Part shown: one piece after another, positions 23,298-24,000 of the stretch | Numbering within the stretch: the stretch's first letter is position 1 | Layout: the number at the start of each line of letters is the position of its first letter | Assembly (NCBI GenBank): GCA_963733055.1 | Contig: CAVTBR010000003.1 | Location: forward strand, 564,729 to 588,728 | From: Candidatus Bathyarchaeota archaeon | GTDB taxonomy: Archaea; Thermoproteota; Bathyarchaeia; 40CM-2-53-6 | DNA length: 24,000 nucleotides | Direction of reading: 5' to 3' | Made by a program: the position numbers and the translations under genes | Notes under the pieces: generated by a model | Seen by the model: only the letters and a program-made list of their open reading frames with translations | What the model was told of the DNA's origin: nothing | Database searches by the model: none

Positions 23298-24000
23298 GTG
23301 AACAGGGGTTTGGAAATCAGCTCTTCAAGCCTGAGTTTTCGCTTGTCCCTGGTTGACCTTGAAGAACTGAAACCACATGAGGAAGTAATTCAGGAAGTCG
23401 TCCAAGCCCTCTCAAGAGAGATTCGCGAAACGGGAGTAGTTCACGATCCACTAATGGTGGATAAGGATGATTATGTCATCCTCGACGGAATGCACCGGTA
23501 CAATTCTCTGAAACAGCTAAACTGCCGATTTGCTCCCTGCTGTCTCCTCGATTATGACAGCCCGCGAATAAAGGTAGGCTCATGGTTCAGGCTGTTTACG
23601 GTAAGCGATCCAACAAGGCTTACGGAGACGGTACTTGAAGAGATGAAATTGGAATATTCGAGGAAGCGGGGGGATGCTTCAATTTTGAATTATGATACGG
23701 AGGCATTCATTCTTACTGGAGAGGGAGATGTGTTCTCATCCTCTCTAAACCCCTTTGAACGGTGCCGCATGGCAATTAGTGTGGAGAAGCGTATCGTCAA
23801 CTACGGCCACGATGTTGAATATCTATCTGAACCAATTGCGCTGCATCAACTTCGGTCCGGTCAAGCGAACCTCGTCATGGCAATGCCCATCTTCTCAAAA
23901 GCCGAAATCCGTGAGTTTGGTTTAGAGGGGAGACTCCTACCTCACAAGGTGACACGTCACATTATTCCTTCCCGACCGCTTGCGATGGATACCCCTCTCG
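23298..24000 (+). CDS. ParB/sulfiredoxin-fold domain protein, 3' end outside the window
   Basis: My own translation gives '(GTG)NRGLEISSSSLSFRLSLVDLEELKPHEEVIQEVVQALSREIRETGVVHDPLMVDKDDYVILDGMHRYNSLKQL...'. The 'L.PHE', 'dPl.V' and 'vilDG.HR' elements are the ParB-N/Srx signature. The frame is open from the stop at 23280-82 to base 24000. It is absent from the ORF track because it has no stop in the window. Confidence 0.6.
   Translation, partial: MNRGLEISSSSLSFRLSLVDLEELKPHEEVIQEVVQALSREIRETGVVHDPLMVDKDDYVILDGMHRYNSLKQLNCRFAPCCLLDYDSPRIKVGSWFRLFTVSDPTRLTETVLEEMKLEYSRKRGDASILNYDTEAFILTGEGDVFSSSLNPFERCRMAISVEKRIVNYGHDVEYLSEPIALHQLRSGQANLVMAMPIFSKAEIREFGLEGRLLPHKVTRHIIPSRPLAMDTPL

Noticed and set aside
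1-24000. Search for CRISPR arrays, IS or transposon ends, integrases, toxin-antitoxin pairs or known defence-system genes
   Set aside because: I found no regularly spaced direct repeats, no transposase, integrase or recombinase motifs, and no nuclease, helicase or ATPase combinations typical of defence islands. The RHH gene has no adjacent toxin-sized ORF, so a TA module is unlikely.

Overview
This is an archaeal chromosomal segment of about 50% GC. The archaeal markers are a TATA-binding protein, a TrmB regulator, an archaeal-type signal peptidase I, a geranylgeranyl reductase, a Tes-like radical-SAM enzyme and PGF-CTERM sorting signals. The lineage cannot be assigned from sequence alone and it looks like an uncultivated archaeon. 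I found no rRNA, tRNA, CRISPR array, transposase or integrase, and no recognisable defence system. Positions 1-11.2 kb carry regulatory and housekeeping genes: a KaiC-like ATPase fragment, TrmB, a membrane-lipid gene pair (Tes-like radical SAM plus GGR), an acyl-CoA thioesterase, PadR, signal peptidase I, a stand-alone Lrp/AsnC ligand domain and TBP. Positions 11.4-12.3 kb hold a PHB-depolymerase/LpqC-type esterase whose catalytic His is displaced into another frame by a frameshift. Positions 12.3-19.7 kb are the most unusual part. It is a run of minus-strand genes for secreted or surface proteins. The run ends in two large paralogous proteins, each with 14 'GWAVG'-type (Ycf48/BNR-like) beta-propeller blades, a Ser/Thr-rich stalk and a PGF-CTERM archaeosortase signal. 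A 45-aa ribbon-helix-helix gene that the ORF track missed sits between the two, next to a palindromic TATA-containing region. Positions 19.9-22.8 kb contain a diglycine-terminated MoaD/ThiS/SAMP-like beta-grasp protein, LarE and LarB (nickel-pincer cofactor synthesis, with no LarA or LarC in the window) and an LDH-like malate dehydrogenase. The window ends with a small zinc-ribbon protein and a 3'-truncated ParB/sulfiredoxin-like gene. All functional calls rest on motif recognition by eye. None has been checked against a database.
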